A stretch of DNA of 63,294 nt from an uncultured Methanosarcinales archaeon (GTDB lineage Archaea > Nanobdellota > Nanobdellia > Woesearchaeales > DSVV01): the NCBI GenBank assembly GCA_964469935.1, contig CAYXZQ010000003.1, positions 1-63,294 of the forward strand, read 5' to 3'. Shown one piece after another: positions 24,696 through 34,190 of the stretch. Below the pieces are notes generated by a model. It saw nothing but the letters and a program-made list of their open reading frames with translations, did not search any database and had not been told where the DNA came from. Both the position numbers and the translations under genes were made by a program. The stretch's first letter is position 1; each line of letters opens with the position of its first letter.

Positions 24696-26458
24696 CTCCT
24701 GACGAACTCATAGATGAATGAGAAGAATCCTCCTACGTAGAATATTATCGTCAGTGCTAGAAATATGAAAAAGTAGAACCCTAAAAAATACTCGCCGATG
24801 CTCAGGTTGCCTGCCACGATCCTAACGTAGTAGCTTCCGATGTCCATGAAGAAAAAATATATGTACCTGCCGAAGTAGTAAAGGGTTATGACAAGAGCCG
24901 CAATAATGAGCTTCGGCCTGTGCCTGCGGCTCGCCGCGATCAGCAATGTTGCTGCTGCGACAGCAATCGAGACGGCAATGACAGTTGTCTCTGCATAGGC
25001 ATGGGAAGATAGTATGCTCTGGGTCATGATGTCGACGCCCACAAGCTGGGGCAGGTTTATGCGGCCGATCCTGAATGCCGGCGCCGTGACAAAGCAGATG
25101 AAGGAGCCGAAGAATACCGCGAGCAGGTAGCCCGGGACATCTATATCTTTCTTCTCAAATAGGTAGTACCAGATGAAGGCCGGGGCGGCGAATATCATGA
25201 GGATTGCAATGACATTCGCTGCATAGAGGTATGTCAGCTTGAAGACAGCCGATACACCCGTGACTTTTGATATGTCAGATAGGAAGAGGCTTGCAGTCCC
25301 TGAGCCGAAAAGTGCTCCCAGCCCGAACACAGGGGTATGACCAGCTGTGAGCTCCTGGAAATAGAATGGGGAATACAGCCCTGTGACGTATGGCAGGATG
25401 AAATTCCCGATGTCCGTTAGCATGTGCAGCACAAGCATCCCTGAGAGACCGAGAAGGAGCCCTCTCCTGGTGTTGAAGAGGCTTATGAACCTGGTGTAGA
25501 AGTCCTGGCCGAAATTCCCTACCTTGAAGATTACGCTGTCAGTCGAGAACTTCCTGTGGTGTTTGAGCCAGACAAGGAGGTAGAAGAATATCGCAATCAT
25601 GAGCAGAGGTGCGTCGATTGCGAATCCCAGCCATTCGAGAGTAAGGTTGAAGACTGCGATATAGAAGAAATTCAGGAGCAAAAAGACTATGGCAAGCCGC
25701 ACAATGAACTTGCCCGGGCTCTTGGGCGGTTCGCCTTCCTCCTCGATGATGTTCATCAGGCTCGGCTCCCTTATCCTTATCCTTGAAACGAAGTAGACAG
25801 CAAGCGCAAGCAGCATCACGAATCCCGCGACAAGGGCGTACTTCTGGAGCGGGAACATGTGGTCTATGAGGAAATTATGCCACCTCTGGACCAGGAACTT
25901 CGGTTCGAGATAGAAAAGGGCGCTTCCGGCATCGTTGCTGACCTTTACGAAGACCTCGTTGGGTCTCAGCGGAAAACCGAAGCTGTATGTCACGGCCCTG
26001 GTCAGGTTGTCTATTGCGCTCCCGAGCGGGATGCTCGTCACGGTCCTGAGGTCAACGTTCTGGAGCGCAGACGTGATGTCTACTACCCTGGCCCCTGCCC
26101 CGACATCGGTGCCTGCGACAGGATGGAGGTTGGCCCAGTATCCAGCGCCTTTTGCGAATAATTCGCCGATGGAGTTCATCGAGACCGATATTACATTCTT
26201 GACGCTCAGGAAGAAATATGCGATTACAATCAAAAAATCCGCAAATCTCTTCTTGATCCCGAAAAAGAGCTTTGTCAGGCTTGCCCTGTAGAGCAGGTAG
26301 CCAAGTGCGGTCCAGGACACTATCTTCTTGATGTAGTCCCAGTCAGGATTGAGCATGCCGAGGAAATCCAGCACATTGAGGATGATGATGCACATGAGGA
26401 TCACCTCCTCAATCGATTCTCCAAGGTAGTGCAGGGTCTTTCTGAGATATGAAGCCAT
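24692..26458 (-). CDS. large polytopic membrane protein, unknown function
   Basis: 588 aa with more than 10 hydrophobic segments. Confidence 0.6.
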   Translation of the reverse strand: MASYLRKTLHYLGESIEEVILMCIIILNVLDFLGMLNPDWDYIKKIVSWTALGYLLYRASLTKLFFGIKKRFADFLIVIAYFFLSVKNVISVSMNSIGELFAKGAGYWANLHPVAGTDVGAGARVVDITSALQNVDLRTVTSIPLGSAIDNLTRAVTYSFGFPLRPNEVFVKVSNDAGSALFYLEPKFLVQRWHNFLIDHMFPLQKYALVAGFVMLLALAVYFVSRIRIREPSLMNIIEEEGEPPKSPGKFIVRLAIVFLLLNFFYIAVFNLTLEWLGFAIDAPLLMIAIFFYLLVWLKHHRKFSTDSVIFKVGNFGQDFYTRFISLFNTRRGLLLGLSGMLVLHMLTDIGNFILPYVTGLYSPFYFQELTAGHTPVFGLGALFGSGTASLFLSDISKVTGVSAVFKLTYLYAANVIAILMIFAAPAFIWYYLFEKKDIDVPGYLLAVFFGSFICFVTAPAFRIGRINLPQLVGVDIMTQSILSSHAYAETTVIAVSIAVAAATLLIAASRRHRPKLIIAALVITLYYFGRYIYFFFMDIGSYYVRIVAGNLSIGEYFLGFYFFIFLALTIIFYVGGFFSFIYEFVRS

Positions 26459-26463
26459 GTTGC

Positions 26464-26919
26464 TCAGCTGAACTTTCTCTTCATCACAAAGGTCGAGTAT
26501 CCTGTGTATGTGCCAGGCTCTGTCCCGTCAGGAGTGTCCACTGTGAAATCCACTGACGAATTGTCCATGGGCCCTATGGTGAAGAGCCTGTCGTGCACAG
26601 TCACCCAGCCCGAGATGTCGCCGAAGACGCCTATATCCACTGAAACAGGGAAATCATTGCTGTTCCTGATGACGATGGTCCTTCTCGCCTCTCCTCCGGG
26701 ATAGACCGTGCCGAAATGCAGGGCGTCAGTATCGGTGTTGAAGCCTATCTTGTTGGCCACTGTGATGTCCATTGGCACGTTCTCTGTCTTTATGAATATG
26801 AACCTGAAGTAAACTATCAGGGTCAGTGAGGCGAATATGACGAAAACGAGGAGCAGGAGTATGAATATCCTCAGGCCGCTCCTCTTCTTGCCTGTGTTGC
26901 TATAGGTTTCACTTTTCAT
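26464..26919 (-). CDS. membrane-anchored Ig-like/CARDB-like surface protein
   Basis: Trimmed to MKSETYS. TM LRIFILLLLVFVIFASLTLIVYF, then a beta-rich domain (FGTVYPGGEARRTIVIRNSNDFPVSV). Confidence 0.5.
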   Translation of the reverse strand: MKSETYSNTGKKRSGLRIFILLLLVFVIFASLTLIVYFRFIFIKTENVPMDITVANKIGFNTDTDALHFGTVYPGGEARRTIVIRNSNDFPVSVDIGVFGDISGWVTVHDRLFTIGPMDNSSVDFTVDTPDGTEPGTYTGYSTFVMKRKFS

Positions 26920-28104
26920 TTTTCCGCTTCCTGTACATGATGTATGCAAGGTCTGCTATGACCATCAGCACGACCACTACTAGCAGGATATTCGTGAGCG
27001 TCAGGTTCCCCTTGCTCATCTGCCCTGTCTTGTCGCCTGCTGTCGTATCAGAGACGCTTTGGGGCTTTTCCAGCTCTGCCTCTTCCTCGGTCATGACATG
27101 GAGCATGACATCCTTCATGCTTGTCTGGTTGGCAAAATACACGGTTATCCTGCCGTCGTAGTCGCCCGGTTCGACCCCGGTTAGGTCGATGTAGTTGTTC
27201 AGGGTCGTAATCTCCCAGGGCTTGAGATTTACAGTCCTTGTGAGAACATGTCCATCTATGCCTGGGAACTCGGCCTTTGCGCTTACATCGTCGATTTCGT
27301 TGTTCCACCTGCTCTCGATGGTGATGTCGAAGGGGTCGATCTTCCCTGCGACCGCCTTCTCTGTCTGGTTGTCCACCCTTACGAGCAGGGTGCCTATCTT
27401 GAATATTCCGCTCGTATTGCTCGAATTGCCGTCGAAATACAGCACGGCATTTGCCTTGTAGTACCCTGGCATCACCCCGACCGTATCAAAAACTGCATTG
27501 AAATCAGCTGTTTCCATGCTTGCGATGGGTTTCGTGCTCGTGTATAGGGTTGTCACGTAATTCTTGTAGTCGTCTGCGCCGTATATGTCAAGCCTTGCAT
27601 TGGCCTTGGCGATGTCGTCCTGTCCGAAGTTCTTGGCGTTTATCGTGAACTGGACCGGCTCGTTGGAATTGACGTCCTCTGTCTCCAGGCTTATCCCCAC
27701 GTACTTGTCAGGATAGGGTACGAACACGTTCAGCTTGTGGTGGACGCTGACAAGGACCTGAATCGTGCCTGATCCTGACGGCGCCTTCTGTTTGACCCAT
27801 ATCCTTGTGGTGCTCGGTCCGTAGAAGTCCAGCTTGTCCGGGAAGTGGACCGTGTATACCTGGCACACGAGCTGGTGCGGCTTGAGGTCGTATTCGGTCT
27901 TCTGGAGGGTCACGTACTGTGCCACAGGCCCTTCCACCGTCAGATAGACAGGGAAATCATAATCCTCGCTGTTCCTTATGCAGAGTTGGAAATTCTCTTT
28001 GAGATTTGGCTCGAATGTCACTGAATGAGGCGTCGATATCCCAAGGGAGAGCACACTACTTGAAAGAATGACCCCGAGAATCAGAAAAAAAAAAAAAATC
28101 TCAT
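26909..28104 (-). CDS. cell-surface (CARDB/S-layer-like) protein with C-terminal TM; 5' end frameshifted in an A14/T14 tract
   Basis: ATG 28104 lies 1 nt after the upstream stop. As sequenced it reads MRFFFFF*. One extra T would give MRFFFFFLILGVILSSSVLSLGISTPHSV, a signal peptide continuous with ORF 26909..28054. Confidence 0.6.
28085..28098. repeat. A14 homopolymer (T14 on the coding strand)
   Basis: Counted directly in the sequence: tcag + 14 a + tctcat. Confidence 0.95.
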
Positions 28105-28105
28105 T

Positions 28106-28780
28106 TTAGATGTTGAAAATGTTGATTGTTGCAGACTTCGCACCCTGGGGTGAATCTGCAGGGATTGTCAGATTGAATTCAAGGGCTAGCTTGTCCGAAC
28201 CTGTGGCATACTCAAATCCCTGACCTGCATTGCCTGAGCAGATGGCATAGTCGGTGTCTGCGGCTATCTCTGTCCAACCAGGTCCTAGGTTGGTAACAGA
28301 GCCTGTGCATCCCTGCTCGCCCCCTGTCTGGTTGCCTTCCCTTGCATAATAACTGAATGAAGGGCCGCCTCCCTGGATAAAGGAAGCTGCATCCGATGTA
28401 GTGTTGAATGATATGTTGAGCACTGCGTTGCCGTCATTCTCGATTATCATGCCGTTGCAGTCGTTGGCTCCGCCTGTCGTATTGTCTGTGCAGTCATTGG
28501 CGCTTCCTCCCAGCCAGTTGTTCTTCGTGTTGGTGCTTGCCCAGAGCTTACTAGAGTTTGGTGCAAGATACCCGAAATTTACATTGGAATTCACCTTGAA
28601 TGATTCAAGACCGGTCACGTCAAGCTGTACAGTACCCTGCTTGGTAAGCATTCCTGTTATTCCGGTCGGGCCTGAAAGCTTGTTCAGCTTGTCAAGGCTT
28701 ATGAATGTCCCGAACAGGGAGACGACTATTGCCCCGACAAGGAGAAATGCCAGTGTTTTGTTTGAGATTTCTTCTTTCAT
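28106..28780 (-). CDS. secreted or anchored surface protein, unknown function
   Basis: N-terminal KTLAFLLVGAIVVSLFGTFISL anchor, G/N/T-rich beta-type sequence. Same operon as the flanking genes. Confidence 0.55.
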   Translation of the reverse strand: MKEEISNKTLAFLLVGAIVVSLFGTFISLDKLNKLSGPTGITGMLTKQGTVQLDVTGLESFKVNSNVNFGYLAPNSSKLWASTNTKNNWLGGSANDCTDNTTGGANDCNGMIIENDGNAVLNISFNTTSDAASFIQGGGPSFSYYAREGNQTGGEQGCTGSVTNLGPGWTEIAADTDYAICSGNAGQGFEYATGSDKLALEFNLTIPADSPQGAKSATINIFNI

Positions 28781-29034
28781 TGATTATCACCTTTTATAAT
28801 CGAAAAAGATACGGTCCCTGAAGCTGTCGCGGCTTTCTTTTCGCCCGGGGACACGACTGAAAATGAGACGGTGCCCAGATGATTGTCCTGAGTCTGTGCA
28901 GGTGCCTGTGGGCTTGCGGCAGGCATCTTTGCTGATTCATAGGCATTTATTACTGTCAGAGTGCTCAACACAGAGATTATCATAGCCATCACAAGTAGCA
29001 CTGCAAGTGATGTTTTTGGTATGTCATTACTCAT
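28777..29034 (-). CDS. small anchored surface protein
   Basis: KTSLAVLLVMAMIISVLSTLTVI anchor similar to 28106..28780. ATGA overlap with the next gene. Confidence 0.5.
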   Translation of the reverse strand: MSNDIPKTSLAVLLVMAMIISVLSTLTVINAYESAKMPAASPQAPAQTQDNHLGTVSFSVVSPGEKKAATASGTVSFSIIKGDNQ

Positions 29035-29103
29035 GTTCAGAATAAATTTTGAAGAAACTAATATTTAAACCTTTTGGTTTTTTGACTATATCGCTTGTCC
29101 CTG

Positions 29104-30021
29104 TCAAGAGACGAGTTTAGGCGAATAATCCCCTTCAGCTTCCAGTATCTGCGTGCCAATACCCCTTCCCGTCGTGAAAGCGCCCTGGTACATGATCCCT
29201 GCTATTGCGTTCAGCAGGCCGGTCTTCTTTCCGTACTGGACAATGTTTGCCTTTATCCCGAGCCTGTCCTCTATGTATCTCACAGCCTCCCTCTCGCCAC
29301 CGAGAATATCGACAAGACCCATGTCCTTTGCGTCCGAGCCGAGATAGATCATACCGGTGGATAAGTTCCTTACCTTCTCTATGGGCATGTGCCTGTTCTG
29401 GGCGACTTCTTCTATGAAGAACTCATGCACCTTGTCGAGCTGGGCCTGAAGCATCGACTGCTCCTCGTCCGTCAGCTTCTTGTAGGGCGACCCTATGTCC
29501 TTGTACTTTCCTGAGACGAGTCGTTCATACGTGACATTGTAGTCGTCCATCAGGCCGGAGAACTCAAGATATGAAGATATGACGCCGATGCTTCCTGTAA
29601 CAGACATCCTGTCAGCGACAATGATGTCGCAGTTCGAAGCGACCCAGTACGCGCCGCTCGTGCCCATGTCCCTTATCCATGCCACCTTTGTCTTGTTCGT
29701 GGACTTGAGGGCCTGACCGATCTCGTCGGATGCGACAGCGGTCCCGCCCGGGGAGTTTATCTCGAGTATGATCGCCTTAATGGACGGGTCATTGTCCGCC
29801 TTCTCTATATAGTTTACGATTTCAGATGAGGATGCACCGGGCTCGCTCAGTATCGAGCCGGACTGGTCGCTCATTATCACTCCCTTCACGGGGATGAGAG
29901 CCACATTCCCGCTCCCGCCCCCCGTGCCAGAAAACAGAAGCGAAAAGAACCCTATCAAAAACATCAAGAAAATTACGAGCAAAGACCCGGTTATTATCAG
30001 GACAATTGTTCTTGTCTTCAA
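29104..30021 (-). CDS. sppA: signal peptide peptidase SppA (36K type)
   Basis: IKAIILEINSPGGTAVASDEI...GTSGAYWVASNCDIIVADRMSVTGSIGV. Confidence 0.85.
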   Translation of the reverse strand: MKTRTIVLIITGSLLVIFLMFLIGFFSLLFSGTGGGSGNVALIPVKGVIMSDQSGSILSEPGASSSEIVNYIEKADNDPSIKAIILEINSPGGTAVASDEIGQALKSTNKTKVAWIRDMGTSGAYWVASNCDIIVADRMSVTGSIGVISSYLEFSGLMDDYNVTYERLVSGKYKDIGSPYKKLTDEEQSMLQAQLDKVHEFFIEEVAQNRHMPIEKVRNLSTGMIYLGSDAKDMGLVDILGGEREAVRYIEDRLGIKANIVQYGKKTGLLNAIAGIMYQGAFTTGRGIGTQILEAEGDYSPKLVS

Positions 30022-30075
30022 GCAGATTCACCCCTCAGAGACTTTGTTTGGAACCATCATTTATTAATTTTTCGT

Positions 30076-31737
30076 TCACGGCTCCTGGGCCAAATTGCCG
30101 GCTGCATCCAGGGCAGATACAGAATCTATTCTGGCATTGCTCGCGCAATGATAAGTGTCGCCTGATCTCGAACAGCCTGAGATAGGATATCTGTCGCCGT
30201 TGACCCTTATCTCTGCCAAAGGCGAGGAATCAGTGATGTCAAAAGAATAATACGCTGCTGAGATTACGGGCGGCACATCATCGAAATAAAAGGTCCCGTG
30301 AAGCGTCCCTGAGTTTCCGGCATTGTCCAATGAATATATTTCAAGGCTGTTCATCCCCTCTGCAGGCCCTGCATCGACTGCGCATGTCCATTCATATTTC
30401 GTCATGTTGCAGCTGCCTTCATCAGGCTCAGACCCGTCGACCCTGAGGTCCGCTATCCCCGAGACCCTGTCTTCTAACCTGAAGACTATCCTGCGGGAGT
30501 TCGTATAGCCTTTGTCCTGCGGGCTTATCATCGCGAGCTCTGCAGGCGAAGAGTCGAATATGAAATTTCCCTGGACCTTTTTCGGATTGCCTGCCCTGTC
30601 AGAGGCCCATATCTGGAAATCCACCTCTCCCTGGGCAGGCTCGGGGGGCGTGTACGTGCAGAGATAGCCTTCAGCAGACACTTTGCAGGCGTTCACTGTG
30701 AACCCTGCCAGGTTCTTGACCGTGATGCTTGAGGCATCAACTCCCGAACCGTTGTCAGAGACAGAGAACGAAAGCCTGTCGATGTTGGTCAAGGCGCCTG
30801 TCTTCGGGCTGATGACATTTATCTGGGGAGGAACATCATCTTCGGCAAACAGCCTGCTCTCTGTAGGCTGTCCAGGGTACCTGCTGATGATGTCCCTCGC
30901 TATGCCGTCGATATCCTCTTTGGCAGCGCTTACTATGAAGACGAACCTGTCCTCGTCAAAGATATACCTTTCTGAAAGGCCTAAGTCCTGGCTAAGCACC
31001 TGCTCGCCAGCTATGTTGATCTTGTCCCCTTTCAGGCTGCCGAGCCTGAGGGTTCCGAGAAATGATTGGCTGTCCATCTCAATCACGATCACGTCAGCCT
31101 CCTGGCCATCCCTGTCCAGCTCGTAATCCGCTGCATCTATAAGCCTTGGGGAGAGATAGTCGCTCTGGAACTCGCCGAGATCGGATCTCTTTGCATAAGT
31201 GCCTATGAAATCACCTGGTTTTGCCGAATTCCATGATGTGCCGCCGCCAAGCGCTCCCGCAATCCCCCCCTGTCCGCTGATGATGAAAAACCCGGCCCCT
31301 GCGACTGCTAAAATGCCTACGAAGATGAGCAGAATCCAAAGGAACCCTTTCTCCTTTGCGAATACGAAGAAGAGAGCGGCTGCAAGAGCCAGGAACATTA
31401 CAAGGATGCCCTTGAGCATAAGAAGGAGTATGCCCTGGAGCCCGAGCGAGGCTAGCATGTTGTTGCGTATGAGGCTAGGATTTTTTGTCCTTGCGCTGAG
31501 GTTGATTCCTGCCTCGTATGGCTTTACAGCCTGCCTGAATGTCTCGACATTGTTCTGGTTCAGTTCCTCTTCAGCCGGCACCACGCACTGGCTATACCGG
31601 CAAATGTTGTCCTTGCAGGACCTTGCCGAGCCTGCGCATGCCTGCGCCGGACAGTCCCTGAATGTCACGCAGGAGCTCGCAATAGCGATGGCAGGCAGCA
31701 GGATGACCAGCACCAGGAGGGGGATGGTCTTCTTCAT
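30076..31737 (-). CDS. secreted/membrane protein with Cys-rich N-terminus, TM block and Ig-like repeats
   Basis: Signal MKKTIPLLVLVILLPAIAIASSC, internal hydrophobic helices, and repeated ...DRAGN/LDNAGN/LDAAGN motifs. Confidence 0.55.
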   Translation of the reverse strand: MKKTIPLLVLVILLPAIAIASSCVTFRDCPAQACAGSARSCKDNICRYSQCVVPAEEELNQNNVETFRQAVKPYEAGINLSARTKNPSLIRNNMLASLGLQGILLLMLKGILVMFLALAAALFFVFAKEKGFLWILLIFVGILAVAGAGFFIISGQGGIAGALGGGTSWNSAKPGDFIGTYAKRSDLGEFQSDYLSPRLIDAADYELDRDGQEADVIVIEMDSQSFLGTLRLGSLKGDKINIAGEQVLSQDLGLSERYIFDEDRFVFIVSAAKEDIDGIARDIISRYPGQPTESRLFAEDDVPPQINVISPKTGALTNIDRLSFSVSDNGSGVDASSITVKNLAGFTVNACKVSAEGYLCTYTPPEPAQGEVDFQIWASDRAGNPKKVQGNFIFDSSPAELAMISPQDKGYTNSRRIVFRLEDRVSGIADLRVDGSEPDEGSCNMTKYEWTCAVDAGPAEGMNSLEIYSLDNAGNSGTLHGTFYFDDVPPVISAAYYSFDITDSSPLAEIRVNGDRYPISGCSRSGDTYHCASNARIDSVSALDAAGNLAQEP

Positions 31738-31882
31738 ATTTTACGCACCGCATCATCCTGATGGCCGCATATATTTAAATCTTGCCTGCAGGCAGCATGC
31801 TCCGGCAGGAAATTACACATGTCACCGATGTCTTGCAGCCTTCCGATAGTTTTAAATAAAACAACCGAACCTTCACGACCAG

Positions 31883-32224
31883 ATGGGCAAAAAAGACACC
31901 AAGTCGAAAGAAGAGGAGCTTGAGCTTGAGATTAGCAGGGTGAAGCTTCCCAGGGGCAACCAGGTCTTCGGGGTGCTTGAGAGGAGGCTGGGCGGTTCGA
32001 GGACCCAGGTGAGGTGCCTTGACGGCAAGACCAGGGTCTGCAGGATACCCGGCAGGCTCAAGAGGAGGCTGTGGGTCCGGGAAGGAGACATACTTCTCAT
32101 ACAGCCCTGGGAATTCGGCGGAGACAAGAAAGGCGATGTCATATTCAAGTACAGGCCGAACCAGGTCCAGTTCCTCAGGAACAAGGGATACCTGACGAAG
32201 CTTGACGATTTCGAGGAATTCTGA
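31883..32224 (+). CDS. eif1a: translation initiation factor aIF-1A
   Basis: LPRGNQVFGVLERRLGGSRTQVRCLDGKTRVCRIPGRLKRRLWVREGDILLIQPWEF..KGDVIFKY. Confidence 0.9.
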   Translation: MGKKDTKSKEEELELEISRVKLPRGNQVFGVLERRLGGSRTQVRCLDGKTRVCRIPGRLKRRLWVREGDILLIQPWEFGGDKKGDVIFKYRPNQVQFLRNKGYLTKLDDFEEF

Positions 32225-32240
32225 TTGATACCACTATTTA

Positions 32241-32834
32241 ATGGAAACCTTTAAATATAAAATCCGTTTACATTTTTTGATGAGCCTTGCGAGATACTTT
32301 TTCATATTGTTACTTACTGTGATAAGCTTCTTCGGCATATCCCTCATGATTATCGATGCCGGGGCAGTGCTCTTCATCAAGCAGGTCTATCTCATGTTCT
32401 TCCTCCTTATAATGGCAGGAATAGCCCTCTTTTCCGCAGGTAGGGGCAATAACTCGGGCTGGATGCTCTTTGTCCTCTTCTTCGGTGTTATCATATTCGA
32501 TTCTGTCTACCTGTTCGAGACATCTGCAAGGGGAAAAATTCTCCTTCTTGCAGTAATCGTGCCTTCGTTCATAGGATTCTTCATTTCGATATCAGGAATC
32601 AGGCCGCAACATGCAAGAAGGGCGAGGACCCATCCTGTCCAGCCGATGCCGGAGGAGAAGGAGAAGGAGCCCTCAGAGGAGCTCGAGGTCGTGTCAATCC
32701 CGGCCAAGAAGAAGGCAGCTGCAAATGGGGAAACTGCAAGGAAGAAGGCAGAAAAGAAGAAGACCGGAAAGACAAGGAAGAAAACGGCAAAGAAGAGGCC
32801 AAGGAAAAAGGCTAGCCGCGGGAAGGCGGCCTGA
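32241..32834 (+). CDS. membrane protein with polybasic Lys-rich C-terminal tail
   Basis: 4-5 TM helices, then ...KKKAAANGETARKKAEKKKTGKTRKKTAKKRPRKKASRGKAA. Confidence 0.55.
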   Translation: METFKYKIRLHFLMSLARYFFILLLTVISFFGISLMIIDAGAVLFIKQVYLMFFLLIMAGIALFSAGRGNNSGWMLFVLFFGVIIFDSVYLFETSARGKILLLAVIVPSFIGFFISISGIRPQHARRARTHPVQPMPEEKEKEPSEELEVVSIPAKKKAAANGETARKKAEKKKTGKTRKKTAKKRPRKKASRGKAA

Positions 32835-33273
32835 TGTCCTTTGCAAACAAATTTCTCGCAGTGATGTACAGAAGACCCACGACCCCGACCGTCACGGCGC
32901 TGTCTCCGATATTGAATATGGGCCAGAACGGCAATTGGATGAAATCCACTACATGGCCTAAGAATATCCTGTCTATTATGTTGCCCGTTGCGCCGGCGAT
33001 TATGAAGGATACGAACAGCTTCTCATCATCTTTGAAGTCATAGAAGAAATAGAGGAGCAACCCTATGATGATAAGGTTGATGAACAGCAGAATCCCGTTC
33101 ATGTCCTGAAACAGGCTGAATCCCGCACCTGTATTCTGTGCATAAGTAAGGTGCAGCAATGGTCCGAGGACCGGGATGTCATGGACAGGGGCAAGATAGA
33201 TACGAGCGAGAAGCTTGGTGAGCTGGTCGGCAAGAACGATGCACACTATTACTGCGGGGAATCTGAACCTCAT
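32812..33273 (-). CDS. lspA: lipoprotein signal peptidase (signal peptidase II)
   Basis: ADQLTK, YAQNTGAGFSLF, GATGNIIDRIFLGHVVDFI, IFNIGDSAV are the LspA conserved blocks including both catalytic Asp. Trimmed to MRFRFPAV. Confidence 0.75.
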   Translation of the reverse strand: MRFRFPAVIVCIVLADQLTKLLARIYLAPVHDIPVLGPLLHLTYAQNTGAGFSLFQDMNGILLFINLIIIGLLLYFFYDFKDDEKLFVSFIIAGATGNIIDRIFLGHVVDFIQLPFWPIFNIGDSAVTVGVVGLLYITARNLFAKDIRPPSRG

Positions 33274-33319
33274 GGAAAACAGAGTAGGCTGGGGGGCTAT
33301 ATAAAGATTCCCAATCGGT

Positions 33320-33781
33320 TCACCAGCCAGGCCTTCTCCTCTCCTGGTTCTGGCTGTCCATGGCAAGCCTCTCTATGTTCATCAGCCGCTGGTTGATGTT
33401 CTCGAGCGCCACCTTGAGATTATCAAGCTTCATTGACACTATCTCAAGGCTCTTCTCATAAGAGTCGTTTCTCAGGGACTGAGGTCCCATGTCAGGCCTG
33501 CCCTCGCTTATGATCCTGAACTGGTCCTGGGCAGGGGCCATCTGTGGCTGGCCAAAGCTCTGCTGGCTGCCAAAACCCCCACCCCTCATCGGGTCATGCC
33601 CCATCCCTGGCTGTTGGTAAGGCTGCTGGCTGCCGAACCCTGAGTCGAGCATAGGGTCCTGGAGCGCTGTGTTAGGTCCCATGCCCGGATCGTACGAGCC
33701 GGGTGCTGAGAAATCGACACTTGTGTCCAGGTCCATCGTGGGCTCTTTTTTCCAGAACATGACCTTGTCCAAAAAGCTCAT
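33320..33781 (-). CDS. low-complexity (G/Q/P/M-rich) plus coiled-coil protein, unknown function
   Basis: 153-aa ORF with a C-terminal heptad region LEIVSMKLDNLKVALENINQRLMNIERL. Confidence 0.45.
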   Translation of the reverse strand: MSFLDKVMFWKKEPTMDLDTSVDFSAPGSYDPGMGPNTALQDPMLDSGFGSQQPYQQPGMGHDPMRGGGFGSQQSFGQPQMAPAQDQFRIISEGRPDMGPQSLRNDSYEKSLEIVSMKLDNLKVALENINQRLMNIERLAMDSQNQERRRPGW

Positions 33782-33845
33782 ACTATACCGACTGTGATTA
33801 TTAGTATATAAATATGTTTCTTAACTATCAAATGGCGAAAATCAG

Positions 33846-34190
33846 TCAGTCGAAAAAGTCAGGGTCGTCAGACCTGACTGTGAACTCTTTTTTCCCATCA
33901 CCAGTTTTAGGAGGCATTTCTCTTTGCTCTTCGTTCATGTCCCTGATCTCATTGAATTCCATAACCCTTGAAAGTCCCATGTTCCCGCAGTCAGGACAAT
34001 TGAAGAATATGCCGTATTTCCCCTTCATCATCAGGAGACTCTCGCCGCAGACGCACTTCATCTCATTCAACATTGAGGTCTTATGCTCCCTGCAGACAGG
34101 CACACCCTGCCTGTTCTCAGCAGTCGCCTGCTTCCCGCAGAACGGGCACCTGTCAATCCTGCCCTGGCCATAGCGTTTCGGGATGCGCAT
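33846..34190 (-). CDS. zinc-ribbon protein (topoisomerase-type C4 fingers)
   Basis: CPFCGK...PVCREH, CVCG...FNCPDCGN. Confidence 0.55.
   Translation of the reverse strand: MRIPKRYGQGRIDRCPFCGKQATAENRQGVPVCREHKTSMLNEMKCVCGESLLMMKGKYGIFFNCPDCGNMGLSRVMEFNEIRDMNEEQREMPPKTGDGKKEFTVRSDDPDFFD

Noticed and set aside
31199-31849. 216-aa plus-strand ORF
   Set aside because: Antisense to the 5' half of the 553-aa secreted protein gene (30076-31737), which has a clear signal peptide and repeats.
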